Shown: piece after piece, positions 13,540 through 26,049 of the stretch | Layout of the letters: the number at the start of each line of letters is the position of its first letter | Position numbering within the stretch: the first letter of the stretch is position 1 | NCBI GenBank assembly: GCA_013239625.1 | Contig: MU053652.1 | Location: 5,881,902 to 5,945,901, forward strand | DNA: 64,000 nucleotides | Source of the DNA: Lama guanicoe | Lineage: Eukaryota | Reading direction: 5' to 3' | Notes under the pieces: generated by a model | Told to the model about the DNA's origin: nothing | Database searches by the model: none | Seen by the model: only the letters and a program-made list of their open reading frames with translations | Made by a program: the position numbers and the translations under genes

Positions 13540-13770
13540 AGAACTCTGGACTCGGACTGAGAAATCTGGTAATCTGCCACTTGTTAGCTGTGTGTCCCTG
13601 GACAAGTTGTTAAATGTCTCTCAACCTTAGGTTTCCTGTTTATTGGTCAGGCATATTAACAATAATAAAGAAAATAATAATACCTCATTAATTTATTGTA
13701 CATTTTAAGAAGGTCATGTTTGCATAATTACTTTGTAAACTGTGATTTCACAATAGACATGAAGTGTTGC
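13540..13770 (+). mobile_element. MIR SINE
   Basis: ctgccacttgttagctgtgtgtccctggacaagttgttaaatgtctctcaacctt core. Confidence 0.7.
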
Positions 13771-15189
13771 CCAAGTGGTCATCCCAAATTCTATTCTTTT
13801 TAAACTACTCTTATGAGGAAGAGGGGGCTTCTGGAGAGAGTGCTGTAGTACCGAGGTTTTTATGACTCTATTCCTAATGCTCATTCACATGATTTGTTGT
13901 CTTCTGTAATTTCACTACATATGGATTAAGGAGGAAGGATCCAATATAGTAGAGCTGCTAAGTCCCAGAGGTGGAAATATTTCAAGATATTTCTTAGTCA
14001 CTAACCAAGAAGGTAAAGAAAATAATAATCTTCTATTCCAGTTTTTGCTAGAAAGATAGTCCTACTGTTATCTCAAGCTATAGTGCATGAAGAATCCTAT
14101 AAGTTTGGGACAGGTGTCACTAGCAGTCATTATTGTGACATGTCAAATAGAGCTTTGGAGGCTGAGCCACACACAACTGGTGGCCAGATGCAGCCTTTTA
14201 ATGGAACACGTTGGCATGCCAACAGGCACAGCCCTTTACGTGATGTACCTTCCTCTCACTCATAAGGCACCCTTCTTCCAATCAACAACACAGGGAGGTG
14301 AGAGAGAGCTGCCATCCTATAACAGTTATGACTTTCAGGGAAGTGAATCAATGAACTTTTAGAGTCAAAGGTTTTTTATCAATTGACCTGTTATTTGCCA
14401 TTGACTTTGGCTTCTTTCTTTCCTCATATACACTTGTAGTTTACCCATAATATATATTTTAAATTCATAACACAGTGCAAAAGCAATGATAGAAACAAAC
14501 TCTGCAACATCCCTTTGCTGTTCATTCACCCAGACTGTCTGTCATTGGAGAACATGATGTGACTCACGGAGGGGGGAGCACTGGGGACCCCAACCTGGGA
14601 AAGAGTAACAATCACACAGTGATAATGGTATTTCCAATATGAACAAACTTTCCTTAGTCTTATGTAAAAATTACTAAAAGTATTTTCAGAAATGCTGTTT
14701 TATTGATTTGTGGCATGCAATCTAAACAAAAAGTGTTCTTTTTATGCAAATAGAGATTGAATATAGGTTCCCTTTTGTATTTCCCACCTCCTGCTGCACA
14801 CACACACACATTCCCCAACACACACAGATATAAATATATTCTGCCTTGAAATTCTGGAAATCTACCAGCCACTACTGATAAGAAACTTGGCCTTCTTGGT
14901 TAACCTCCACCCTAGTGTAAGTAGTCCTGGCAGTGACCCAGTTGTTTCATCACTATCACTTTTCCTGAATGATGGGGGTACAGTGTGACAAAGAAAAAAC
15001 CATCAAGGAGTTTCTGTGAATTGACTCCTTAATAGGTGGCAGGATAATCCCAGAAATGTCAACAGATGCACTGGAGAGGCATGGGGGTTAACAAAATAAA
15101 TAAGACTCCTACATCCTCGGCCACGATGGCAGGACTGTTTGCATCCAACCCATAGTTCTCCAAATAGAGGTAAGTTTAGTAACTAGTGG

Positions 15190-16345
15190 ATGACTGTACC
15201 GGGGGGCTGCTGATGAAGGGACTGCCACAGGCTATGTATGTATGTCCACAGTTGGGTGTGACAGAGCTCTGTCCTGTTTTTTCACTGTATCTGGATCCCA
15301 TGTTTAAGATGAAGATAACCAAGACATGCTCATCAAATTTGCAGATGGGAGGGATGCAAATGTGGGGCCTGAAACGCAGTTGCCTGTTCAGCTCTTGTGT
15401 CCTCTAGGGTGTTTCAGCTGCTGTACAAGAGCCTCCAAAACACAAGTAGTTTTCTTTTAGGCAAATGAAGCATAAGTTGAAAGTGTGACTTCTACTCACA
15501 TTTCATTGCAAGAACCTGGCTATACTTTATAGTCTCTTCCCCTCTCAACTACCCAGTACGCCTCAGCCATGGCCACGAGGCTGTTGAGCCCTTGAAACGT
15601 AAGCTGATCTGAATTGAGATGTAACATACACATGAAATTTAAAAATTCAGAATGAAAAAAGAAAACATACCATTTCATTAATATGTTTTATATTAATGGC
15701 ATGTTGAAATGATAATAGTTGGGATATACTGGGCTAAATAAGTTATGTTATTAAAATGACTTTCACATCTTTTTTTTTTTACTTTATTTAATGTGGGCAA
15801 TACAAAATCTAAAATCACATTTGTGGCTCCTATAACATTTCTGTTGGGAAGTGTGACATCTAGCTGATGTCCAGGAACCCAGATTAAACTGCAGTACTGC
15901 GGAAGAAGAGAAAATGGATTGGGGTGACAACTAGCAGTATGTCCCACTATAGTACGTTCAGTGTTTCACAGAATTTTTAGTGCTTTCTCAGTGTATGTTG
16001 ATTTAACAAATAAATGAATTACTGTGTTTGGATCGCAGAATGTATCAGACTTGAGTGATGGGCCAAATTCAACGGAGTGACATAATGTGTCTTAAATTTT
16101 ATCTTTATAAGTACAGAACTGGGGAAACAGCTTCAGTGATAATATTTATAAAGAAACTCAAGGACTTTTCTTTTGTAGTCAGCTCAATATGTGTCAATTA
16201 TGTGATGTGGCCACCACAAAATCGAATGCAATTTTAGACGGCATTAATAAAAAGGAAAATCTGTTCTTTCAAAGAACAGATGACATTCTTGACCTACTCT
16301 TTACTTTGTTGAGTTTAGATCTATAGTGGCTTAGCAGGTTTGGGG
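15190..16345 (+). mobile_element. L3/CR1 LINE relic (pieces ~15190-15365 and ~16035-16345)
   Basis: catgctcatcaaatttgcagatg and agctcaatatgtgtcaattatgtgatgtggcc...aatgcaattttagacggcattaata resemble the L3 RT region. Confidence 0.7.
15545..15860. mobile_element. MER33-like hAT-Charlie MITE
   Basis: ttgagcccttgaaacgt...aattgagatgt...gggatatactgggctaaataa...cacatttgtggctc...tttctgttgg. Confidence 0.75.
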
Positions 16346-16399
16346 CAGAGGGGTTCTCCTGAAATGTAAAATAAATCTTACTTTACAAGGCTAAACTTT

Positions 16400-18350
16400 A
16401 GGGCTATTGTAGGATTGGTTGGAGGATATGTTCAGTTTATGATTCCTATCAGAGATCTTATGGAGATATGCGGAATACAGTTGTATATACAGGTATAAAA
16501 ATTAGGAGAGAGAGATGTGTTGAAGGTGGAGATGTGGGAATTGTTTGTAAATGGATGGCCAGTAACGTCAGAGATGGAGATGGACTTGTCCCGGGAGAGT
16601 ATGTCATTAGAAAAAAGCACTGACAATATAGGTAGGATATTAGAAAAGAAGGCCTGGAAAGGGGACTGAGAAAAGCACCCAGAAAGGTTAGTGAAGAATC
16701 AGGTAAGTGTGGTGTCATTGCAGCTGAGGGCATGTGCCAAGGACAGAGCACCCAGCAGCAACAAGACTACCAGTGTGGTCCAGGAGTAAAGGACCAAGAA
16801 GTTTCTTCTAAGTTGAACAACTAGAGAGTTCTTGGTGTCCCTGATAGGAACAGTTTCAGTGTGTTGATGGGGACCGAAGCCACTGAACAGTGGATGGAGA
16901 ACCAAGAGAAAAGAAATGAAGTGAGGTCACTGAGAGGAGATTATTCTTACAGAAAGTCTTGCTCTGACACATTGCTATCATGAATCTCTTGATATGATGT
17001 CCTGAGAAGGACACAATATCAGATCTATGGTATTCTTGATAAAAAAAAATGCAAGAACTTTTCAAATTGCAACCATGAGAAAATATCAGACAAACACAAT
17101 TGGGAGGACATTCTCCAAAAGAACTGATTAATTCTCTTCAGAAGTATTAAGGTCATGACTAAGGTAGACGAAGGAAGATTACAGGAGACTGAGAAATAAC
17201 AACTAGTCTCAATGAGGGATTTGGACTGGGTCCTGGAACAGAAAAATAACATTAGTGGAAAAACTGGTGAAACTTGTGTAAGGTCTTTAATTTAATAGTC
17301 TTGTACCAGTGATAATTTCCTGGCTTTGATCACTGTACCGTGGTTATGAAATGTAGTTAACATTAGGGGAACCTGGTGAGAGGTGTTTGGAAACTACTAC
17401 TTTTATAATTTTTCTCTAAGTCTGAAATCAGTTCAGGAAAAAAAGTTTTAAGTTTTACTCTGAAGGGGAGGAGGGGGATGGGGGACGGTTGGAAAGACTA
17501 TGAGGCCTAGGAGAGTTCAAAATTAGCAATACTAGTGAAAATGGTCAATAATATTTTCTAAGAGCTTTGTGGAAATTTTTCATTCAATGTTCGTAACTAT
17601 GATGTGGAGGAAATGGTGCTGTTTTGTTGTTTTCACTCTTACAGGTAAGAAAAAGGAGACACGAACAATGTTAAACATAATCACACAGCAGATTAAACAT
17701 GATCACACGGCAGGCCTGGGATTTGAAGCTGATTTCTTAAGTCACTGCATCCTACATTCTCTTTGAACTTGGAGGGAATTACATGTGCTTGAATGCTTGT
17801 TAGATGGAGAGAAATAGACAAGTCAGGAAAAATAGGGAATAGAACATAGAGGGTGGTATCTAGAATATGGGTGAAATATAGACTTGGACCAAGACGGGAC
17901 ACTGATAAAGAATAAGTAGAGAGGTAGGAAATGTGTAGGTTACTGGCCAGAGACTGAGAAGTTCTTCTCAGTGATTTTCAATTTCTTTGTAAAGTAGGAG
18001 TGGAGGTTGGAAGTTTGAGATAGTGGAAGGGTTTTATGAAAGCCAGTGTAGAGCAAAGGGGAGAGAGCTGGTAAAGGGTGGCAAGGGTATGCTGAGAAGG
18101 AGCTGGCGAGACCCCACATCTGTGGTTCCACCATCTCTGCAGTGGATGGTTTCTCCAGCATTTTCTGTAGTCCATGGTGAAGACTACTGAATTTATCCAA
18201 GACTGAGTTTTTGTCAGTGGGTGCCACAAAAATAAATGCTCAAGCAAGAGAATGATGTTAAGAAAGAGTAGAATGGATAGACTCAAATATGACTAATGGG
18301 AATGGGGCGAAGATAGGGTGGGGTTGATAGAGAGGAGTTGGAGCAGTCAG
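16400..18350 (-). mobile_element. L2 LINE relic, interrupted by an L1ME/MC fragment
   Basis: Purine-rich L2 antisense motifs (gtccctgataggaacagtttcagtgtg; gtaggagtggaggttggaagtttgag). Confidence 0.7.
16968..17449 (+). mobile_element. Ancient L1 3' UTR (L1ME/L1MC-like)
   Basis: gaaaaataacattagtggaaaaactggtgaaa motif and A-rich end. Degenerate TSD aagtcttgctctga (16954-16967) vs aagttttactctga (17450-17463). Confidence 0.8.
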
Positions 18351-18354
18351 TATG

Positions 18355-19150
18355 TTTCAATTCATATTTTCCTGATAAATACTTTTGGTATATTTACTGG
18401 GTTTTTTTATTTTTCCTTTTTGTATATTGTCTGTGACTGTCTTTTTTTTTTCTAATAGAGAATATTTTTTCACTAATATGTAAGAATAATTTAAGGATAT
18501 GATGTATTTATTCAACCAACAGCTGCATTTCACATATTTTCTTTCAATTTTGTGGTGTGCCTTTTTATTTTCTTTCTATAAGATTTTATTGTACCTACAG
18601 ATCTGTGTTGTCCAAAATAGCAGCCATTAGCTATATGTGACTATTAAATTTAAAAGTAATTTGAATTGCATTTAAATTGATTGACATGAAATAAAATTAA
18701 AAATTAAATCTTGCAATCTCACTAGTTAAATTTGTAGTGTCCCATAGCTATGTATGGCTAGTGGCTACTGTACTGCCCAGTGTAGCTAGGGAACATTTCC
18801 ATCAATGCTGAAAGTTACATTGGGCAGCACTGCTACAGAATTATTTTTCATTTGGAAAAACTGACACTGGTTTCCCAGTTGATGTCTGTCTTTGGAGTCA
18901 TACTCAGAAAGGTCTTTTCCATCCTTCAACATAATATAAATGTTAATTTTAATTTTCTTCTTGTATTTCTATAGTTTTTTTAAAGCTACTTACATTGTTA
19001 GTGTATCAATATGCTTTTGTATTGTATGAGCTGAGGTATGACTCATATTCTCTTCAGATTTCTGACCACAATTCCCAATAACGTTAAATGAAAGTGAAAT
19101 GACATTTTTATCATTTAATGGATACTTCAATATTCATAGTTTACTTATGG
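18355..19150 (-). mobile_element. Ancient L1ME-like fragment
   Basis: T-rich antisense L1 pattern (tttggagtcatactcagaaaggtcttttcc). Confidence 0.55.
18603..18832. mobile_element. MER3-like hAT MITE
   Basis: Termini ctgtgttgtccaa / ttgggcagcactg. 8 bp TSD ctacagat (18595-18602) vs ctacagaa (18833-18840). Confidence 0.85.
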
Positions 19151-21489
19151 ATATCTATTATACTACTTTGACATGTCTGTTGGAATCAATTTCACCTCAA
19201 TGCATATTTATCAAGGAAATTAATACAATGAAGACTAAGACATGATTCACAGCTTAGAAAGGAAAGTAGACAGAATAAATATAATACATGTGAGTTTATT
19301 GGTAGGAATATGAAAGAATCCAGTGTTGCTTCAACGGTTATTAAAGTGGGCTATGTGTTTGGGAAGTTGTGAGGAGGATAAGGTGATGTGATGTGATGTG
19401 ATATGTGTGTGTGTGAACAGGAAGGAGAAATGGGAGAGGAGTAAGGAGAGAGAATGTGGTAGAGTGTAGTGAAACTAAACTGTGAAATATTTTGTGTGTG
19501 ACACTAGTGTGTTAGCCATCCTAATATTGGTTTCTTCCCAAGGAGGGTAGATCTGGTTGTTCAGCTAAGCATCAGTTACTGAGTGGGTGAACACAGAAGC
19601 AGGGAGCTCCCTCAGATAACTGGTCTAGTTATGTAAGAGCTAAGGAAGGCCACAGCTAAGGCATTGGCCGTTGAGTGGATTAGAGAGACTTTAAAAGGTA
19701 GAATTGATAGGAGTTGGTAATAATCAAATGTGGAGGAAATCGACTGAGTGACATTCCAAGACACACCTGTAGACAAGAGCAAAGCATGCCTTAGGTTCTG
19801 CCAAATATGAACCAGTTTCCTGACAGGGGGAAGCTGAATATTAGGCAATATGCCATTCACTATCATTTCCTTGTCAGTTCTCAATAACTTGATCTGATTT
19901 CCTTCAGTTTGAATACGGTTGGGATTTGGCTTACAAGAGTGAAGGTCTTAATGCTGGAGAAAATTTTCCTTACCGTGGTTCTTCATCATGCCAAGATTAA
20001 TTCTGAAAAGAGTTGTAAAAATTCACAACTTAAGAAATTTTAAATGACTAGTTTAGAGCATCTTCCCTCTTACAGAATTTATCTGAGGCAGACTGAGTAA
20101 GACAAAAAGAACAGAATTATTACAGTTCAAAGATTTGACATTTGATATTTTCTGTTGGCACTGAAGGACAAAAAGCAGGAAGAGATTGTCTCTGTATCCT
20201 TCAATTCCATCATCTGGTTGCTCTTTCTGGAAAATATTTAACAGAGCAGTTGACGTCGCTCACTTAAAGAAGATAATGAAGCCCGAAGTCAACACCAGAG
20301 AAAATTAAGTCTAGATTTAACTGGTTTATGACATGCTTATGCTAAGAGGAGCACAAATTAAAGCTCCTAAGAGTTTGGAGGGGAAATAGCTCATCTAGAA
20401 ACCAATTTTATTTGACAGCTGAAAATAAGACATTTCTGGCAATATTATATTTAACTAATATATTTTCTATTAAGTTAAAAATGTCAATTTTCTTAGAAGA
20501 TTTTTCTCTCTTTAGTATACTTTTTTTCCAGTTTGGAAAAAAAAAAACCCTTAAGGATTTAAAAAACTTCATTGCTGTTACTATTTCCCAGACAGAGTTA
20601 AAGACTATGATTCACTAGGTGAATTATCTCTGATTCTAAGTGTTTCATGCACATTGCTTGTAAAGATTTTGAAATGCTGTAGCATTTACTATAGTTTGGG
20701 GGAAAAAAATCATGTCAAGAGAAACAGAAAGAAAGAGAGCATGTAATGAAATAACTATACAGAATGAATCTAAAGTATTTTCTCTTGATCTTCTTAAAGG
20801 GACACTCTACTTACCTTGGTGAAATTAAATCTTTTTCATGGAGTTATTGACTCATAAAAACAGAAATGCTCAAACAACCTCCCCTTCATCCACTCCCCTC
20901 AAATATTTGCTTCTGAAAATCAATTGCTCAAAACTGATGATGGCAAAAGTGGTCAGGATGTGTGTAGAAACTGATAAATGATCAGGAAGGACTTTTCGTG
21001 AATATGCAACCTACAGGATTTTTCTCAATTTATAGGTAACTGTATATCGGTAAATAAACTGATTTTTCAGTGAATAAACTGAGCCCTACAATTGAATCAG
21101 TCAAGCAAAAACTCATCATCCCTTAGGTAAATTATTTCTGAGGAGACTGGTAAATGTGTTGAAAATATTTAAATGAATGTGTATGGTATTGATTTAGTAA
21201 ATCCTCATACATATTCCCTGTCGTATCATTTTGCTATAATTCCTTTTCCTGTATTAAAATGCTCTAAATAATAAATATTGCACAACCTACTCTGGGTTGT
21301 TCGGCTATTAAAATACCAAGAAATTGTAAAGAAAACTCACCTAAGGTAGGGAAGATAGGTATTAATAGAGACAAAATTCATTCTATTCCAGATCCTCTAT
21401 CTTGACAAAAATAGAGAAGTAATTCAATTACTAACCATTCATTTTTTTCAAACACCAACTTAAAGAAAAGCAGAAGTGAAAAAAGGAGC

Positions 21490-21830
21490 CATAAATGTGT
21501 GAAAACAATCGAAATGTGTATAAATCAATGTTGAACTTCTCACCATATTAGAGTCAAAGTACAAGCAACTGGTAGTGGATAATATTAAGGAATTTTTTAG
21601 GGGCGATAATGATACTGCAGTTATATTTTACGATAGCATCCTTACTGTTTAGAGACACATAATGGAATATTAAAAATGAAATTATATGTTGTTGGGGATT
21701 TGCTTCAAATAAAATAAAATGGAAGGGAGAATTAGGGGACTACGGATGAAAAAGATTGTCCACGAGTTGATAATTGTTGAAGCTGGATGATGAATATGTG
21801 GAGGTTAATCATATTCTCTGTGTATTTCTC
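21490..21830 (+). mobile_element. L1ME-like 3' UTR fragment
   Basis: ggggatttgcttcaaataaaat...gagttgataattgttgaagctggatgatgaata motif. Confidence 0.7.
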
Positions 21831-21984
21831 TCTATACTTCCTTTATATATACACACATAATATCTACATAATGCCCTGTTTGTGCAGTTTCTTAACATCT
21901 CTGTGAGGTAGCAATTGGCAAGACATGATTACAGTCCAGGATGAAGAATATAGCAAGTACGAAAAACCATCATCTTCATAGTCC

Positions 21985-22190
21985 CTGAAATTATTGGCCA
22001 CCTATGTGCCAGACAATCAGTATGTATCATATTTTATCAGATTTAATTATCACACCACATCCATTTAAGTAATATTTTTATGCTCATTTTTCAGATGAGA
22101 AAACTGAGGTATAGAGATATTAAGAAACTGTCGAGAACACACAAATCCTGAATGGCAGAACTAATACTTAGTAAGCTCGATTGCATTTTT
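21985..22190 (-). mobile_element. MIR SINE
   Basis: cacctatgtgccagac...catttttcagatgagaaaactgaggt core. Confidence 0.75.
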
Positions 22191-22242
22191 ACATTATAGG
22201 TATACTTGCTTAAGTCTGGTGTGCTGTGTTGTCTGCGGATGG

Positions 22243-22669
22243 TGTACAAAAATGTGAAAATAAATGAAGACCACTCAAATGAGAACAAACAAAGCTGTAC
22301 AGAGCTTGTTATATCTCCTGCTACCACCACTTGCACTTGTCAGAGATTCAGAGACAGGCAGGAGAGTAGGAAAGTTTTATACTGAAAAAAAGAAAGAAAG
22401 CAAAGGTTCTAGGTAGTCTCTGATTGGACACTGTTGACATGGAGAAGCTGACTAGAAGTGGGGCATCCTACGTAATTGCTTTTGGGAACACTTTTGGCTT
22501 TTCTGGGTTGGTCCTGAGTTGGAAGTAAGAACAAAAATAGGGAAACTGGCTGAAGCTTTCTGCAGAGGCTGTGGTTTGGTTCCCAGACTGGTTGCTATGG
22601 AGATTGTGGGTCAGATTTCTATTGGCATATATGGTCTGGTCATTGTCCCTTTGTATATTCAGTCTCTCA
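22243..22669 (-). mobile_element. Proviral 3' LTR
   Basis: Minus strand starts TGAGAGACTGAATATAC...GACCAGACCATATATG...CTGACCCACAA. It is preceded by the purine tract AAAGAGGAAGC (22670-22680). TATA-like TATAAAA lies near 22376-22382. Confidence 0.85.
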
Positions 22670-22719
22670 GCTTCCTCTTTGGGTATTTCTCTCACTTGAG
22701 AGAGGTTGGCCAATTCATG

Positions 22720-24300
22720 GGAAGTTAGAAATACAGATCATCACCATCCAGGGAAGGCTTGGTTGCCTCCATAATCATTGGATGGTAAGATCTTTAACTT
22801 CATGTTGTTGTATCATTATGGCTACCTTCTGATAAGAGACTGGCTTAAATCTAGACATATTTAAGACTCTAGATAAAATGCAACAGACCAGCATCATGAT
22901 CACTCTGGCTAAAACCAGAGAAATTAATAGTCCTTGTAAGATACTTTGGAACCAGGGACTCCAATTGCCCAAATCAGTTTATAAGAATGAATTTCATACA
23001 GCATGAGGATCATATTATAGAGGCAGGAAGCTTTTTCTTTAGGCAAAGTATAGGCTGTCCCACCTTGTCTGCTTCATTGACCCACATACAGCAGGAAGTA
23101 TCAGTAAATGGCACAGAGGCCACCGTGATGCACGAACAAATCTAGAGCAATGAGATTGTCCGTTACTGCTTCTTCCAGTGAGTTGAGGGTGATGTGTATT
23201 TCATGTAGGTTAAGGATGATATTGTTGATAACTTCTGCTAGAGTTAATGTTAAGCTTCTAGCTGTTCTTTCTATTTATATGAGTCCTACTGTTGGGAGCT
23301 CTGTCTCATTGTTTATATAAACAGCGAGTCAGTGATTCTTCTGGGTAGAGTGCCTAAGAAATCAAGAGTGGCCTCATTTCGGAGCTTGTGTTTGAATTGG
23401 AATTTCAAGTCTTGATGAGTTATAGAATTAGGGCTCCTATGGACAGAAAAGTGTTGGAGTATTATTCCTGAGTGTTTGAGTTTGAAGTAAACAGAACCAG
23501 ACACCCTGGTCACAAAGGATGTAATAACCAGTAGGGGCACATGGAGAGCCATGATACATAGAATTATTCATGACATGAGGTTGGAACCGAGGCCTTACAC
23601 TCTCTGGGTTACATATATAAATATCTATTACTGTTTTCCAGGTAGCAAGTAATTGGCCCACCATTCAGTGAAGATGATGTAATTTGAATTTAAAATTATT
23701 TAGGATCTGATCAACAGATGGTAATAATTGGTTCTTTTTCTGGGATAGAGAGACAGTAGTAAAGTCACAGGTTGATTTGTTTGAGGCCATTTGTCCATGT
23801 AGGTGCAAGTGGAAATGTCATTGGAGTAATTCCTTATGGTCTCATTAGAGGAGAGCAGGATTGCTGAGAGGTTTTTTTTTTATCAGGAGATAAGAGTAGC
23901 CACCTCTCTAGGAAGCATCTAAAAATTCCTGAACTTGTTCATTTCTGATAGAAGTCCCAACAGTGGTGAGAAACCCCTTTCGATCTAAAGCACTCAAAAA
24001 TCATGTCCTATTTCAAAAGCATACTTGCTCTCTGTATCTATGTTTCTTCAGTCTTTGGCTGGATGACAAACTGTAATAAGCACAGGAAATTCTGCTACCT
24101 GAGCTTATTTTATGTCAATTAAAGGACTCTATTCTAATGGAGAACTTAATATTAGCGATAACATATCCTGCTTGATAACTCCCAGTTTTCATTTCGAGAT
24201 ATAATCCATCCACGCATAACATTAGGTCATTACTGAATCCAAGTAACATTTAGAAAGTTCCTAACTTAGACAAAATAATCATAACTTTTCCCTTCTGGTT
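22720..24300 (-). pseudogene. env: Disrupted retroviral env (gamma-type TM)
   Basis: Minus strand reads TLNSLEEAVTDNLIALDLF (ISU-like), then GLCAI / frameshift / TDTSCCMWVNE (CX6CC), and a hydrophobic anchor WFQSILQGLLISLVLARVIMMLVCCIL. Stops and frameshifts are present; the SU boundary is approximate. Confidence 0.85.
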
Positions 24301-24329
24301 AGGACAGGATGCGGGCTTTGCAGTCGTGA

Positions 24330-25600
24330 ACAGTAATGTGAGACAGAGAGTAGCAAAGTCTTGTAAGAAGGTCATTGACTGGCTGGCAGTGTTGTTTGCT
24401 CTCAGTCAGTGGCAGTGACTGCGCTGTGTGAGGAACCATGAGATCAATCAGGGAGCCTAGAACTAATTCAGAGGAAGCACTGGCAGGTTTTGCAGAAGAA
24501 GCTATTGGCCTGAGACAAGGGGATTACGCCTTGGCAGCCAGGTCAAGGGTGAGGCTATGGGAAGCAATGGGTTTTGGACGTTCTGAGGAAACTGAGTTGA
24601 ACCTTCAACTTGTCCAGGTCGCTTATGTACAGATAGATAAAAGGGCTTTTTGTAGTAAAGGATGCCTAGGGAAGGAGGCTTTTAAAGAGCCTCCTTCAGG
24701 TTACAGACGGCTTGTCTTGTCTTCTCCGGGGAGAGGATCTCTTTTTGAGGCTTTAGCCAGTTCACAGAGAGAGGCTGCAGTTCCAGAAAAAATTGGCACC
24801 TATTATCTGCAATGTCAGTTAAATTTAGAAATCTTCTAAATTGTCATTTTGTGAGGGGACTGGGATAAGTCTGGATAGTCTTTAGTCTACCAGGAGAGTG
24901 TGTTTCCCCCTTTATATAGACAACTCATATCCTAAATAATGGACTCTGTTTGGCAAAACTGTAATTTATTTTGTGAAATGTTATGTCTTTTCCTGCCAAG
25001 GCTTAGAGCAAGCAAGAAGAATCTTTTTTAAAGGCTTTATTGTCCTCTGAAAAGAGTAGGATATCAGCTACATACTCTGTCATAACTAAATCACAGTTTA
25101 GACCTTCTAAGCCTTAATTGAGAATCTGGGAACATAGGAGGAGGCTTTGGTGAACCCCTAAGGCATGACTGTCCGGGTCTTTTGTTTTTCTCTCCAGGTG
25201 AAGACTGTACCAGTCTAGAGGCTCACTGGGAAAGGTAAAGCAGAGAGAAGTGGCTTCATTTGGAACTGATGGCAGGATGGTGTTTGGGTTAGGTACTGCT
25301 GGGAAGTAAGGCATAGGACTTTTGTTGATGGCCCTGAGGTCTTGAACAAATCGGTATCTTCTCTTGTTTGGTTTCTTTGCTGGCAGGACAAGTGCTACAA
25401 AGGCTGCTATAGGAAATGAAAAGGACTTTGGATATAAGACTTTTTTGTCTGTGGACCTGAGGCCTTCTTTTCCTTTTGGCTTCAAGGGATATTGAGAAAG
25501 TCTGAATAGCTGTTTGGTTGGATCTTTCTGAACTTTAATAGGTTCTCCTCCAGCGATTTTTCCTATTTCAGTGGAAATTTTAGCCTGTAGAGTCTGGCAC
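24330..25600 (-). pseudogene. pol: Disrupted retroviral pol (RT and connection; RNase H and integrase not seen)
   Basis: SQYPLKP...YRFVQDLRAIN...PAVPNPNTIL in ORF 25114-25632. YVADILL (decayed YVDD) at 25074-25054. VHYLGY and QFRRFLNLT lie downstream. Confidence 0.9.
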
Positions 25601-25609
25601 CAGGTCATA

Positions 25610-25812
25610 ATAGGCAGAACCATAGGCCCCAAAAGATGGCCACGTCATTATCTCCAGCACCTGTGAATATGTTAGGCTGGATGACAAAGAGTCATTAAAA
25701 CTGCAGGTGGAATTAAGGTTGCTAATCACCTAGCTTTGAGATGGGAGGGCATCTGAAGTTATCCAGGTGAGTGCAGTATAACCACAAGAATCCTTATGAA
25801 CAGAAGAAAGAA
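25610..25812 (+). mobile_element. MLT1D/E-like LTR 5' fragment nested in the provirus
   Basis: taggcagaa...ggccccaaaagatggccacgtc...cctgtgaatatgtta...ggaattaaggttgctaatca. Confidence 0.8.
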
Positions 25813-26049
25813 ACGTTTTTCATTCAAGGGCCCAAGGGTTTCAGTTAAAGATGGAAAAGTAGGGTACAGCTGTGCATTATTTGAAATACCTACCACCTGT
25901 GTGGTATGTTTACTCTGAGGAAGAGGTTGCATAAAGGTGGGAGGGGTTTAATAAAGAAAGAGCAGCTCTTGGATTCACCAGAATGTTGACCACCTATATT
26001 TATAGTTAATTCATCTTGAGTGTTTAACGGCAAGGCAGGATATTGAGTG

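Noticed and set aside
14210..14223. 14 bp perfect palindrome GTTGGCATGCCAAC
   Set aside because: The spacing does not fit NFI and the sequence is not an X-box. One such palindrome in 64 kb is expected by chance.
24438..24839. 133 aa plus-strand ORF (also 26840-27226)
   Set aside because: These are antisense to the decayed pol and gag.
25114..25632. 172 aa RT-like ORF as a functional gene
   Set aside because: Its start comes from a nested MLT1 fragment, it frameshifts internally, and the catalytic motif downstream reads YVAD.
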